Positions 34,116 through 43,510 are shown, numbered from the stretch's first letter. The stretch is 64,000 nt of DNA from Syntrophaceae bacterium (GCA_013177795.1 JABLXY010000003.1:701578-765577), one strand, 5' to 3'. Program-made: numbers and translations. Notes: generated by a model not told the origin, from the letters alone.

Positions 34116-34889
34116 GTGAACTTCCCCGTTTTCTCCGCCGCCCAGGTCGAGCTGTTCTTCCTCGTCCTCATCCGGGTCAGCACGATCCTGGCCATGATCC
34201 CGATCCTCGGGGACCGGACCACGCCCCTGCGGGTCAAGGGGGGGCTGTCGATTCTCGTTACCGCTCTGGTCCTGCCCTTCGTGGAGCCCCCGGCGGCGGC
34301 CGCGGACGATCTCTTCAGCCTCGGCATGCGCATGGGCGGGGAGGTGTTCATCGGGGTCATCCTGGGATTCGCCGGCCGGCTCGTGTTTGCGGGGATCCAG
34401 CTGGCAGGCCAGCTCGTGGGCTTCCAGATGGGCTTTGCCATCGTCAACGTCATCGACCCCGCGACGAGCGGCCAGGTGTCCATCATCGCCGAGTTTCAGT
34501 ACATGCTGGCCGGGCTCTTCTTTTTGGCCGTCGACGGCCACCACACGATGATCCAGGCCATCTCGGAAAGCTACCGGGTCCTGCCGGTCCTCGGGTTCCA
34601 CGTCACGGGCGACCTGGTGCAGAACCTCGTCGCGCTGTCGCGGAACCTCTTCATCATCGCCGTCAAGGTCTCGGCCCCCATCGTCGTGGCCCTCCTGTGC
34701 GCGAATGTCGGCCTGGGCCTCGTCGCGCGCACCGTTCCACAGATCAACATCTTCATCGTGGGCTTCCCGCTCCAGATCGCCATCGGCCTCATCGGGATCG
34801 GGGTCACGCTGCCCCTGTTTCTCCACATCGCGGCCGGCCTCTTCTCGAACCTCCCCGCCGAAATGGGCCTCTTGCTCAGGGCAATGTAG
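34116..34889 (+). CDS. fliR: Flagellar export apparatus protein FliR
   Basis: GTG start. (M)NFPVFSAAQVELFFLVLIRVSTILAMIPILG; polytopic membrane protein. Confidence 0.92.
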   Translation: MNFPVFSAAQVELFFLVLIRVSTILAMIPILGDRTTPLRVKGGLSILVTALVLPFVEPPAAAADDLFSLGMRMGGEVFIGVILGFAGRLVFAGIQLAGQLVGFQMGFAIVNVIDPATSGQVSIIAEFQYMLAGLFFLAVDGHHTMIQAISESYRVLPVLGFHVTGDLVQNLVALSRNLFIIAVKVSAPIVVALLCANVGLGLVARTVPQINIFIVGFPLQIAIGLIGIGVTLPLFLHIAAGLFSNLPAEMGLLLRAM

Positions 34890-34899
34890 GCGCCGGGGG

Positions 34900-34928
34900 T
34901 GCAGGCATCAGGCAACGGGCGTCAGGCG
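34900..34928. repeat. Heptamer array TGCAGGCA TCAGGCA ACGGGCG TCAGGCG
   Basis: Read directly, 11 nt after the fliR stop. Confidence 0.6.
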
Positions 34929-35026
34929 CAAGACTGGACGGCGGGGAAAGGCGTCCATCATCTCTCCTTGCGGCCCGGCCATTGCCCGAAATCCGGAGCG
35001 ATAATCCCGGAATCAGAACGCGTTTC

Positions 35027-35042
35027 CGGCACGAAGTCTGCA
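35027..35042 (+). promoter_or_regulatory. Weak sigma-54-like promoter candidate CGGCAC-gaagt-CTGCA
   Basis: GG/GC spacing is correct, but both hexamers deviate by one base. It lies 187 nt upstream of flhB. Confidence 0.3.
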
Positions 35043-35081
35043 ACCCTTTCCATCGCCGCCGCAGCCTGATACCCCGGGTTT

Positions 35082-35163
35082 GGCGCCGGTTTGTTGACGG
35101 CGCCGTCAGCAGCCCGGAATCTCGTTGCAAGGGTTGCAAAACCGCCGTCTTGCGCGCTGACGG
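35082..35163. other. Cluster of dyads: hairpin GGCGCCG-N9-CGGCGCC, 12-bp palindrome GACGGCGCCGTC, TTGCAAGGGTTGCAA, and GCCGTC-N9-GACGGC
   Basis: Read directly in the 339-nt fliR-flhB spacer. Confidence 0.5.
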
Positions 35164-35175
35164 CTAGAGCGAACA

Positions 35176-35224
35176 ACGCAAAACGTAAAACGTAAAACCC
35201 AAAACCTAACACGGCATACGGCAG
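35176..35224. repeat. Heptamer array ACGCAAA ACGTAAA ACGTAAA ACCCAAA ACCTAAC ACGGCAT ACGGCAG
   Basis: Read directly. Seven tandem 7-mers end 4 nt before the flhB ATG. Confidence 0.8.
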
Positions 35225-35228
35225 TTTC

Positions 35229-36299
35229 ATGGCCGACATCGACAAGGACCAGGAACGAAACGAACAGGCGTCGCCCAAGCGACGCGAGGAAGCCCGGAGC
35301 AAGGGCCAGGTCGCCCAGAGCCGCGAGGCGGTATCGGCGGCGATCCTGCTGTCCTGCACGATCCTGTTCTATTTCGGCTCCGGGGCCATGGTCGAGCGCC
35401 TGATGGACCTGACGCGCTGGACGCTGCGCGAATGCGGCACGACGGCCGTCACCCTCACGAACATCCACTCGCTTCTCTGGGGATGGTCCTGGAAGCTCCT
35501 GCTCATCCTGGGCCCGCTGCTGCTCACCGTGCTTGCGGCCGGGGTGCTGGCCAACTACCTGCAGATCGGGTTCATCTTCTCCACGGAGGCGCTCGCCCCG
35601 AAGTTCGACAAGATCAACCCCGTCAAGGGCTTCCAGCGCCTCTTCTCGCTGCGTTCCGTGGTTGAGCTGGCCAAGAGCCTCGTGAAGATGGGCGTCGTCG
35701 CCTATGTCGTCTGGTTCACCCTGAGAGAGGAACTGCCGAACGTGGTGCCGCTCATGGAGGAGTCCGTCTGGGGGATCCTCCTGTACACGGGGCGGGTCTC
35801 CTTCAAGATCCTGATCACGACCTGCTGGATCCTCGTCGTGCTGGCCATCGTGGACTACATCTACCAGCGCTGGGAGTACGAGAAGGGGCTCCGGATGTCC
35901 AAGCAGGAGGTCAAGGACGAATACAAGCAGACCGAGGGCAACCCTGCTGTCAAGGCGAGGATCCGGCGCATCCAGCGCGAGGCGGCGCGCAGGCGGATGA
36001 TGGCCGCCGTGCCCAAGGCCGACGTGGTCATCACCAACCCGACGCACCTGGCCGTGGCCGTCCGCTACGACCCCGAGAAGATGCACGCGCCCACCGTCGT
36101 GGCCAAGGGGGCGGGCCACATCGCCGAGAAGATCCGGGAGATCGCCGCGGCCCACGGCGTGCCCGTCGTCGAGAACAAACCCGTGGCACAACTATTGTAT
36201 AAAACGGTCGATGTGGACCGTGCGATCCCGGAGGACCTGTACCGCGCGGTCGCCGAGATCCTGGCTTACGTGTACGGCCTCAAGGAGCGGGCTGTCTAG
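35229..36299 (+). CDS. flhB: Flagellar export switch protein FlhB
   Basis: EQASPKRREEARSKGQVAQSRE N-terminus and the NPTH autocleavage site (VVITNPTHLAVAVRYD). Confidence 0.96.
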   Translation: MADIDKDQERNEQASPKRREEARSKGQVAQSREAVSAAILLSCTILFYFGSGAMVERLMDLTRWTLRECGTTAVTLTNIHSLLWGWSWKLLLILGPLLLTVLAAGVLANYLQIGFIFSTEALAPKFDKINPVKGFQRLFSLRSVVELAKSLVKMGVVAYVVWFTLREELPNVVPLMEESVWGILLYTGRVSFKILITTCWILVVLAIVDYIYQRWEYEKGLRMSKQEVKDEYKQTEGNPAVKARIRRIQREAARRRMMAAVPKADVVITNPTHLAVAVRYDPEKMHAPTVVAKGAGHIAEKIREIAAAHGVPVVENKPVAQLLYKTVDVDRAIPEDLYRAVAEILAYVYGLKERAV

Positions 36300-36387
36300 G
36301 GCTCTGGTTACGTCTGCGAGTGTTTTGCCGACGACCCGCAAGGATATTCCTGCGGGGCGCATCCCTGCACGGATGGCGGAATAAGCG

Positions 36388-38457
36388 ATGGCAGAAGCGG
36401 TTGAAAAAGCGGGGGCCGTCCCCCACTGGGCGAAAAACCCGGCGACGCTGATGGGCGTCGGCGTGATCGCCATCCTCATGGTCATGGTGATCCCCCTGCC
36501 GCCGATCATCATCGACCTGCTGCTGTCGCTCAGCATCACGACGGCGATCGTGATTCTGCTGATGTCGATGTTCGTCCTCAAGCCCCTCGACTTCTCCGTC
36601 TTCCCCTCCGTGCTGCTGACGGTGACCCTGTTCCGCCTGTCGCTCAACGTGGCCTCGTCGCGGCTCATCCTGCTGCACGGCAACGAGGGCACCGGGGCCG
36701 CCGGGCAGGTCATCAAGGCCTTCGGGACCTTCGTCGTGGGGGGCAACTACGTGGTGGGCCTCATCGTCTTCACCGTGCTCACCCTGATCAACTTCGTCGT
36801 GATCACCAAGGGCGCCACCCGCATCGCGGAGGTGGCGGCCCGGTTCACCCTGGACGCCATGCCGGGCAAGCAGATGAGCATCGACGCCGATCTCAACGCC
36901 GGGCTCATCTCGGAGGCCGAGGCGAGGCGCCGGCGCAGCGAGATCGAGCGGGAGGCCGACTTCTACGGCGCCATGGACGGCGCCAGCAAGTTCGTGCGCG
37001 GCGACGCCATCGCCGGGGTCGTGATCATCTTCATCAACATCGTGGGGGGTCTCATCGTCGGCGTGCTGCAGCAGGGCATGGACATCACCGATGCGGCCCG
37101 CAACTACACGCTGCTCACGATCGGCGACGGGCTCGTGACGCAGGTGCCGGCCCTGATCATCTCCACGGCCGCCGGCATGCTCGTGACGCGCTCCACCTCG
37201 TCGTCCAATCTCGGGCAGGAGATCTCGGACCAGCTCTTCCTGCAGCCCAAGGCGATCGGCACGGCCGCCGCGATCCTCCTCGTGTTTGCCCTGATCCCCG
37301 GCATGCCGAAGCTCTCCTTCCTCCTCGTGGCGGCGGGTGCGGGGTTTCTGGCCTGGCACCTGATCCGCAGCGCCCCGCCGGCAACGGAGGCCGCCGAGGA
37401 GCAGGCGCCGCCGCCCACGCCGATCGAGACCGTGGACCTGCTGCTGCCGCTCGACCTGCTGGAGATCGAGGTGGGCTACGGGCTCATCGGGTTTGTCGAC
37501 GCGGCACAGGGCGGGGAGCTCCTGCAGCGCATCAAGTCGCTGCGGCGGCAGCTGGCCGCGGAGATGGGGTTCGTCATCCCGGCCATCCACATCCGGGACA
37601 ACCTCCAGCTCAAGCCCAACCAGTACACCGTCATCCTCAAGGGCGTCGAGATCGCCCGCGGCGAGCTGATGCCCGGCCACTGGCTGGCGCTCACGTCGGA
37701 CAAGACACCCCGCGTCAAGGGGATCGAGACGAAGGAGCCCGCCTTCGGGCTTCCCGCCGTCTGGATCACGGAGCGGGAGAAGGAGAGCGTCCAGGCGCGC
37801 GGCGTGGTCGTCGTGGACCCCGCCACGGTGGTGACGACGCACCTGACCGAGATCATCAAGGCCCACGCAGACGAGCTGCTCGGCCGGCAGGAGGTCCAGG
37901 CGCTGCTCGACAACCTCGCGAAGACCTATCCGAAGGTGGTCGAGGAGCTCGTCCCGAAGGTGGTCTCCGTGGGGACGATCCACCGCGTGCTGCAGCGGCT
38001 GCTGCGCGAGAGGATCTCCATCCGGGACCTGCTGACGGTGCTCGAGACGCTGGCCGACTACGCGCCGATGACGAAGAACATCGACATCCTCACCGGCTAC
38101 GTGCGCCAGGCTCTGGCCCGGACCATCACCCGGCAGTACCGCGACAGCGAGGGGGGCATCACCGTGGTCATGCTCTCGCCGGAGATCGAGGACAAGATCA
38201 GCCAGTCCGTCCAGCACACGGAATTCGAGTCGTTCCTCGCCGTGGACCCGAACTGGGTGCAGAAAGTCGTCCGCGGCGTGCAGAAGTTCATCGGGACCTT
38301 TGCCTCGAGGGGGCTGCAGCCCATCGTGCTGTGTTCGCCGGGGGCCCGGATCCACTTCCGGAAGGTCCTGGAAAAATTCATCCCGAACATCATCGTGCTC
38401 TCGCACAACGAGATCACGCACGACGTGAACATCAAATCCCTCGGGATCGTGGAGTAG
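36388..38457 (+). CDS. flhA: Flagellar export gate protein FlhA
   Basis: 689 aa. FPSVLLTVTLFRLSLNVASSRLILL; EVAARFTLDAMPGKQMSIDADL; GAMDGASKFVRGDAIAG. Confidence 0.97.
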   Translation: MAEAVEKAGAVPHWAKNPATLMGVGVIAILMVMVIPLPPIIIDLLLSLSITTAIVILLMSMFVLKPLDFSVFPSVLLTVTLFRLSLNVASSRLILLHGNEGTGAAGQVIKAFGTFVVGGNYVVGLIVFTVLTLINFVVITKGATRIAEVAARFTLDAMPGKQMSIDADLNAGLISEAEARRRRSEIEREADFYGAMDGASKFVRGDAIAGVVIIFINIVGGLIVGVLQQGMDITDAARNYTLLTIGDGLVTQVPALIISTAAGMLVTRSTSSSNLGQEISDQLFLQPKAIGTAAAILLVFALIPGMPKLSFLLVAAGAGFLAWHLIRSAPPATEAAEEQAPPPTPIETVDLLLPLDLLEIEVGYGLIGFVDAAQGGELLQRIKSLRRQLAAEMGFVIPAIHIRDNLQLKPNQYTVILKGVEIARGELMPGHWLALTSDKTPRVKGIETKEPAFGLPAVWITEREKESVQARGVVVVDPATVVTTHLTEIIKAHADELLGRQEVQALLDNLAKTYPKVVEELVPKVVSVGTIHRVLQRLLRERISIRDLLTVLETLADYAPMTKNIDILTGYVRQALARTITRQYRDSEGGITVVMLSPEIEDKISQSVQHTEFESFLAVDPNWVQKVVRGVQKFIGTFASRGLQPIVLCSPGARIHFRKVLEKFIPNIIVLSHNEITHDVNIKSLGIVE

Positions 38458-38461
38458 GGCC

Positions 38462-39625
38462 GTGCAGATCAAGCGTTTCGAAGCCGCCAGCACGCAGGAA
38501 GCCTTGTTGAAGATCAAGAGCGAGCTCGGGCCGGATGCCGTGGTGCTCTCGACGAGGAAGCTCCGCGGGGGGAGGGACCCGCTCGTCGAGGTCACCGCTG
38601 CCGTGGACGAGCGCCCGGAAGGCCGCCGCGAAGGCGCGCGGCCCGCGGGCCCGCCCGCTCCGGTTGCGCCCGACGGCGAAGGGGAGGCCGTGGCCCGCGC
38701 GCTGCGGCGCGACCTGGAGGAGATCAAGGGGCTTTTGGCCGAGTCCGCCCTTCGCTCCTTCCCCTACGGGGAGTTCCTCGAGATGCGGGAGATGCTCGAC
38801 ACGTTCTTCGACACCATGGGGTTCCAGCGCAAGGAGAAGTTCCCCGGGGCACTGCTGAAGATCTACCACCGGCTCGTCTCGTCCGGCGTGTCGCGCCCGA
38901 AGGCCTTCCTGCTCGTGAGCACGCTGAACCGCAACCTGCCGCCGGGGAAGCTGCAGGACGAGGAGGCCGTGGGCCGCACCGCCGAGAAGCTGCTGGCCAT
39001 GTCCATCGGCCTCTCCTACCGGGGCGAGGAGAGGAGGCGCATCTGCGCCTTCGTGGGGCCCACCGGCGCGGGGAAGACGACGACCCTGGCGAAGATCGCG
39101 GCCCGGGCGGCCCTCGAGGAGAAGAAGAAGGTCGGCCTCATCACGACGGACACCTACCGCATCGCCGCCGCGGAGCAGCTCAAGACCTACGCACGGATCA
39201 TGCAGATCCCCATCGAGGTGGTCCCCGACAAGGCGGCCTTCCGGATGGCCCTGGCGAAACTCGCGGACCGGGACCTCGTCCTGGTGGACACGCCCGGCAA
39301 GAACACGGCGGAGCCCGGCTACATCGACAGGCTGCGGGATCTCTTCGAGCTCGACGCCCCCGTGGAGGCCAGCCTCCTGCTGCCCCTGACGTCGAGCCAG
39401 GACAACCTGGCCGAGAACGTCGCGCGGTTCAAACCCGTGGGCTACCGCTCGATCATCTTCACCAAGCTCGACGAGGACCGGCATTTCGGCAGGATCTACA
39501 ACATCATCGACCAGGAGCGCAAGCCCGTCTCCTGGGTGACCAACGGGCAGAACGTCCCGCAGGACATCGAGAGGATCGACCCGGGGCGGCTGGCCCGGAT
39601 GATCATGACCAGCACGATGCAGTGA
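38462..39625 (+). CDS. flhF: Flagellar biosynthesis GTPase FlhF (SRP-type)
   Basis: GTG start. (M)QIKRFEAASTQEALLKIKSELGPDAVVLST; GPTGAGKTTT; DTPG; TKLDE. Confidence 0.93.
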   Translation: MQIKRFEAASTQEALLKIKSELGPDAVVLSTRKLRGGRDPLVEVTAAVDERPEGRREGARPAGPPAPVAPDGEGEAVARALRRDLEEIKGLLAESALRSFPYGEFLEMREMLDTFFDTMGFQRKEKFPGALLKIYHRLVSSGVSRPKAFLLVSTLNRNLPPGKLQDEEAVGRTAEKLLAMSIGLSYRGEERRRICAFVGPTGAGKTTTLAKIAARAALEEKKKVGLITTDTYRIAAAEQLKTYARIMQIPIEVVPDKAAFRMALAKLADRDLVLVDTPGKNTAEPGYIDRLRDLFELDAPVEASLLLPLTSSQDNLAENVARFKPVGYRSIIFTKLDEDRHFGRIYNIIDQERKPVSWVTNGQNVPQDIERIDPGRLARMIMTSTMQ

Positions 39626-39766
39626 GAAGACAGAGGGTAAGAGGGTAAGAAGGTAAGAAGGGACGTTAAGAAGAAATGAAGGGATAGAGATCGAAGAAGC
39701 GGATGATGCGCGATGTAACACAGACGCATCCAACCTTCTGATCCTCTCACTTTCTTACCTTCTTAT
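39624..39766. repeat. Octamer array inverted element: GAGAAGAC AGAGGGTAA GAGGGTAA GAAGGTAA GAAGGGACGTTAA GAAGAAATGAA ... CCAACCTTC TGATCCTC TCACTTTC TTACCTTC TTA
   Basis: Read directly. It fills the flhF-flhG spacer and shares the GGTAAGAA unit with the 7091-7130 array. Confidence 0.75.
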
Positions 39767-40751
39767 GCAGGCGGCCGAAGGGCCGACAGCGGCGGCAGCG
39801 GAATCGGGTATGTCATCAAACGGAGGTGCTTTTCAGTTGGATCAGGCAACCTTGCTCAGGCGGATGAAAAAGGCCTCGGAACTCAAGGAAGGATCGATCG
39901 ACCCCTGCCCCGGGGGGGTCTCTGCGGAGCGGGCGCCCCGGCGGGCGACCCGCGTGATTGCGATCACGAGCGGCAAGGGCGGCGTCGGCAAGACCAACAT
40001 CGCGGCGAACCTGGCCTATCATCTCTCCCGGATGAAGAAGAGGACCCTCGTCCTGGACGCGGACATGGGCCTCGCGAACATCGACGTGATCCTGGGGCTC
40101 GCGCCGAAGTACAATCTCTATCACGTCCTGCGGGGCGAGAAGGCGCTTGCCGAGGTGATCGTCGAGGGGCCCGGCGGCATGCAGATCCTGCCTGCCACCT
40201 CGGGCATCCCCGAGATGGCGGACCTGTCCCGGGGCGAGAAGCTCGCCCTGCTCGATGAGCTCGACGGGCTGGGCAGCGAGCTGGACTTCATGCTCATCGA
40301 CACGGCCGCGGGCATCGCGGGCAACGTGATCTACTTCAACGTGGCCGCCCGGGAGATCATCGTCGTCGCCTCGCCGGAGCCCACCTCCATCACCGACGCC
40401 TACGCCCTGATCAAGATCCTCTACAGCCAGCACGGCGAGAAGCGCTTCATGCTCCTGGCGAACATGGTGAAGAACTCCAGCGAGGCCCGGGAGGTGTTCC
40501 TGAAGGTGAGCAACGCCACCTCGCATTTCCTGAATCTCTCCATCGAGTCCCTCGGGTACGTCCTGGACGACACCCGGGTGACCGAAGCGGTGCGGCAGCA
40601 GAAGGCCCTGGCGGAGGCCTTTCCCGAATCCAAGGCGAACAAGTGCCTGCAGTCCATCGCCCGGAAGCTCTGCAGGATCCAGCCCGGCCCCGTCGAGTCG
40701 GGCAGCCTGAAGTTCTTCTGGAAGTCCATCGTCGAGAAACCGCGCGGGTAG
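39765..40751 (+). CDS. flhG: MinD/ParA-type ATPase FlhG (FleN, YlxH)
   Basis: N-terminal DQATLLR activator motif; deviant Walker A SGKGGVGKT. The start may instead be ATG 39810. Confidence 0.9.
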   Translation: MQAAEGPTAAAAESGMSSNGGAFQLDQATLLRRMKKASELKEGSIDPCPGGVSAERAPRRATRVIAITSGKGGVGKTNIAANLAYHLSRMKKRTLVLDADMGLANIDVILGLAPKYNLYHVLRGEKALAEVIVEGPGGMQILPATSGIPEMADLSRGEKLALLDELDGLGSELDFMLIDTAAGIAGNVIYFNVAAREIIVVASPEPTSITDAYALIKILYSQHGEKRFMLLANMVKNSSEAREVFLKVSNATSHFLNLSIESLGYVLDDTRVTEAVRQQKALAEAFPESKANKCLQSIARKLCRIQPGPVESGSLKFFWKSIVEKPRG

Positions 40752-40759
40752 GGGCGGAC

Positions 40760-41470
40760 GTGAACAAGAAGGAACGGGACAAGCTGATTCTGAAATACGC
40801 CCCTCTCGTCAAGAGCATCGTCGACCGGATCGCCTGCAAGGTGCCCGCGCACGTGGCCGAGCGCGATGACCTCATCAACGTGGGGGTCATCGGCCTGATC
40901 TCCGCCCTGGAGAAGTTCGACAAGGGGCGAAACGTCCAGTTCGAGACGTACGCGCGCTTCCGCATCCGCGGCGCCGTCCTCGACGAGCTGCGGGCGAGGG
41001 ACTGGCAGCCGCGCTCGGCGCGCAACAAGGACGCCCGGATCGAGAAGGCAATGCTCGCCCTCCAGAAGCAGCTCGGCCGGCCCCCCGACGAGGCGGAAAT
41101 CGCCGAGTTCATGGAGCTGTCGCTCGAGGACTACCACCAGCTCCTCGACGAGGCCTCGGGCGTGTCGCTGCTGTCGAGCGAGGACCTGCCGCCCGACTAC
41201 TGCGAGAAGTACGCCGCCTACGACGTGCTGGAAAAGATGGACCAGGGCAGCCCCCTGTCGATCCTGGCCCGGGGCGAGGTGCGGAAGATCCTCAAGGATG
41301 CCATCGAGGCGCTGCCCGACAAGGAGAAGCTGGTGCTGTCGCTCTACTACTACGAGGAACTCACCATGAAGGAGATCGGCTGCGTGATGAATCTCACCGA
41401 ATCCCGGGTCTGCCAGCTCCACTCGCAGGCGGTGCTGCGGCTCCGGGGCAGGGTGAAAGAGCTCCGGTAG
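40760..41470 (+). CDS. fliA: Flagellar sigma-28 factor FliA
   Basis: GTG 40760 lies just after the flhG stop. LILKYAPLVKSIVDRIA, DLINVGVIGLISALEKFD, and region 4 ELTMKEIGCVMNLTESRVCQLHSQAV. Confidence 0.92.
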   Translation: MNKKERDKLILKYAPLVKSIVDRIACKVPAHVAERDDLINVGVIGLISALEKFDKGRNVQFETYARFRIRGAVLDELRARDWQPRSARNKDARIEKAMLALQKQLGRPPDEAEIAEFMELSLEDYHQLLDEASGVSLLSSEDLPPDYCEKYAAYDVLEKMDQGSPLSILARGEVRKILKDAIEALPDKEKLVLSLYYYEELTMKEIGCVMNLTESRVCQLHSQAVLRLRGRVKELR

Positions 41471-41482
41471 GCGGGCAAGGCC

Positions 41483-42124
41483 ATGGCGCGGCGCGTAGAA
41501 CTCGATCTGCTGGAAATCGACGGGCCGGCGGAAGCCCCGGGCACGGCACCGGCGGGGATCGCCGCCGAGGCGGGTCCTGCCCCGCCGAAGCGCATGTCGC
41601 TGCTGCTGCGGCTCCGCGCATGCCTGCAGAGGGCCCTCGGCGTGTTCGGGCGGCCGGGCCCCTCGCTCGGGTGGAGGGCTCTGCTGAACTGGAAAGTCCT
41701 CGCGGCGGGCGTCACTGGGCTCCTTCTCCTCTCGGCCGCCGCCGGGTCCCTCGTCTATTTCCGCCATCAGGGGGAGGAGCGGATCACCGCCGGGCAGCAG
41801 ACGGCGGCCGTCCCGGCCGCCCCGGCGGTCCACGAGGCCGTATTCCCCGATTTCAGCATCGACGTCAAGGATGCCAAAGGCCGCTACCGCTTCCTGCAGT
41901 GCGACGTCACGGTCGAGTTTCACGGGGCGGTGGAGCTCACGGAGGACCGGAAGGTGGAGATCCGCAGGGCGATCTACCACGCGGCGAAGAAGAGGGGGCC
42001 CGAGTGGATCGGGAAGCCCGATTCCGGCAGCCGGTTCAAGAGGGACGTGCGGGAGGAGCTGCAGAGCGTCCTGGGCGAGGGGACGCTGAAAAACGTGTAC
42101 CTGACCCGGTTCGTGTGGTTATAG
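41483..42124 (+). CDS. FliL-like membrane protein (second FliL-domain paralog) with an extended N-terminal region
   Basis: One TM helix (VLAAGVTGLLLLSAAAGSLVYF), then FSIDVKDAKGRYRFLQCDVTVEF...KNVYLTRFVWL, parallel to the FliL end VVQVYFTDFVVQ. Confidence 0.6.
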   Translation: MARRVELDLLEIDGPAEAPGTAPAGIAAEAGPAPPKRMSLLLRLRACLQRALGVFGRPGPSLGWRALLNWKVLAAGVTGLLLLSAAAGSLVYFRHQGEERITAGQQTAAVPAAPAVHEAVFPDFSIDVKDAKGRYRFLQCDVTVEFHGAVELTEDRKVEIRRAIYHAAKKRGPEWIGKPDSGSRFKRDVREELQSVLGEGTLKNVYLTRFVWL

Positions 42125-42164
42125 GGAACGGGGCCCGGGGAACGGGCGGAAGGGGGATCGGGAG

Positions 42165-42503
42165 ATGCCGCGTCCGGCGAGATTTGTGATTGCTTTTTTC
42201 ATCGTGCTGCTTTATTCAGGCTGGGCCTCGGCCCTCACGGCCGACGAGGTCATCCGGCTCAAAAAGGCCGGGGTCAGCGAAGAGACCATCCGGCTCATGA
42301 TCGAGCAGGAGCAGGCCGGCAGGCCGAACCCGTCCGACCGGATCGGCACCCGGGAGGTCAGGGACGACGCGGGCAATACTTCGGTCATCCATTCGACGGG
42401 CGCCCCCACGGCGGCCGGGCAGAACCTGTCGGAGCAGGAAAAGGTCGACAGGGCATGGAAAATGCTTCAAAATCAAAACGTGATCATCGACCGCCGGCGT
42501 TAG
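42165..42503 (+). CDS. Small exported protein, unknown function
   Basis: Signal peptide FVIAFFIVLLYSGWASA/LT, then the motif DEVIRLKKAGVSEETIRLMIEQEQ. Confidence 0.5.
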   Translation: MPRPARFVIAFFIVLLYSGWASALTADEVIRLKKAGVSEETIRLMIEQEQAGRPNPSDRIGTREVRDDAGNTSVIHSTGAPTAAGQNLSEQEKVDRAWKMLQNQNVIIDRRR

Positions 42504-42540
42504 GCCGGGAAGAGCCGGGGAGAAAGCGGAGAAGGGGGAT

Positions 42541-43374
42541 ATGATCAAGCCCAAGGAAGTGAGGGAAACGAGGGAAACGAGGGAAGCCGAGGTGTTCCGC
42601 CTCCTGGAGCGGGAGTTCGAAGGCACCTTCATCGAGGAGCTCATCCCGGGGATCCTGCACAACTTCGCCAATCCTCTCAACGGGATCATCGGGCGCACGC
42701 GGCTGCTGCAGCGGCGTCTCGAGGAAGCCATCCGCAAGACCCGTGAGGCCTACCCGGACGCGGAGCGCACCCTCGGGGAGGACCACGCGAAGCTCCTCAA
42801 GGACATCGAGCTCATCACCCGCGAGTCGGACCGGCTCTTCGACCTCTTCAAGCACGTCTCGGGGAAGTTCTACGCCATCGGCGACCGCAACATCCAGCAG
42901 GTGAATCTCTCGGAGCTCGTGGAGAACGAGATCCGGTTCTTCGATTTCTACCTGGATTTCAAGCACAACGTGAAGAAGATCATGGACCTCGACGCGGATC
43001 TGCACGACGTCGCCGGCTCCCCCGCCGACTACTCCATCTTCATCTCCACCTGGGTCCGTTACGCCATGGAGGCCATGAAGGACAGCCCCGTGAAGGAATT
43101 CTTCGTGTCCACGGCCCGCCGCAACGGCCGGGTCGTGCTCAAGTTCCAGGACACGGGACGCCCCATGCCGCCCGAGCTGAGGGACGCGATCCTGCAGGGG
43201 CGCCAGGGACAGGAATGCAGGGACGAGCGGGCCGCGGGGCTCCTGCTGGCCGTCTCCCTGCTGCGCAAGTACGACGTCCGGTTCGAGGTCGGCCACGAGG
43301 CGGGGATCAACATCTTCGCCATGGAAATCCCCTGCCAGCCCGCCGGGATGAGAAAGAAAGCGGCCAGGAGGTAA
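42541..43374 (+). CDS. Soluble histidine-kinase-like protein with a degenerate ATP-binding domain
   Basis: H-box-like LHNFANPLNGIIGRTRLL. The C-terminal region keeps a DTG (G1-like) motif but lacks a recognisable N-box Asn and a GxGLG G2 box. Confidence 0.55.
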   Translation: MIKPKEVRETRETREAEVFRLLEREFEGTFIEELIPGILHNFANPLNGIIGRTRLLQRRLEEAIRKTREAYPDAERTLGEDHAKLLKDIELITRESDRLFDLFKHVSGKFYAIGDRNIQQVNLSELVENEIRFFDFYLDFKHNVKKIMDLDADLHDVAGSPADYSIFISTWVRYAMEAMKDSPVKEFFVSTARRNGRVVLKFQDTGRPMPPELRDAILQGRQGQECRDERAAGLLLAVSLLRKYDVRFEVGHEAGINIFAMEIPCQPAGMRKKAARR

Positions 43375-43387
43375 GGCGCGGCGGGAT

Positions 43388-43415
43388 TAAAGATTCCGGC
43401 CCGATCCGTCGATTG
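43388..43415 (+). promoter_or_regulatory. Candidate sigma-28 promoter TAAAGATT-N12-GTCGATTG
   Basis: It has the same N12 spacing as the flgM and flagellin sigma-28 promoters. The -10 element matches 5/8. Confidence 0.35.
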
Positions 43416-43510
43416 CATGAACAGGGACGTCAGGACGGTTCCCGGCCCCCCGCGAGGTTCGAGGGGACGGCTTCCCGGGGACGCACCCGCCGGGAAGGGG
43501 AGATCCGGTC

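Noticed and set aside
35110-35130. Second sigma-54-like motif CGGAATCTCGTTGCA in the fliR-flhB spacer.
   Set aside because: The GG-to-GC spacing is one nucleotide short of the canonical -24/-12 distance.
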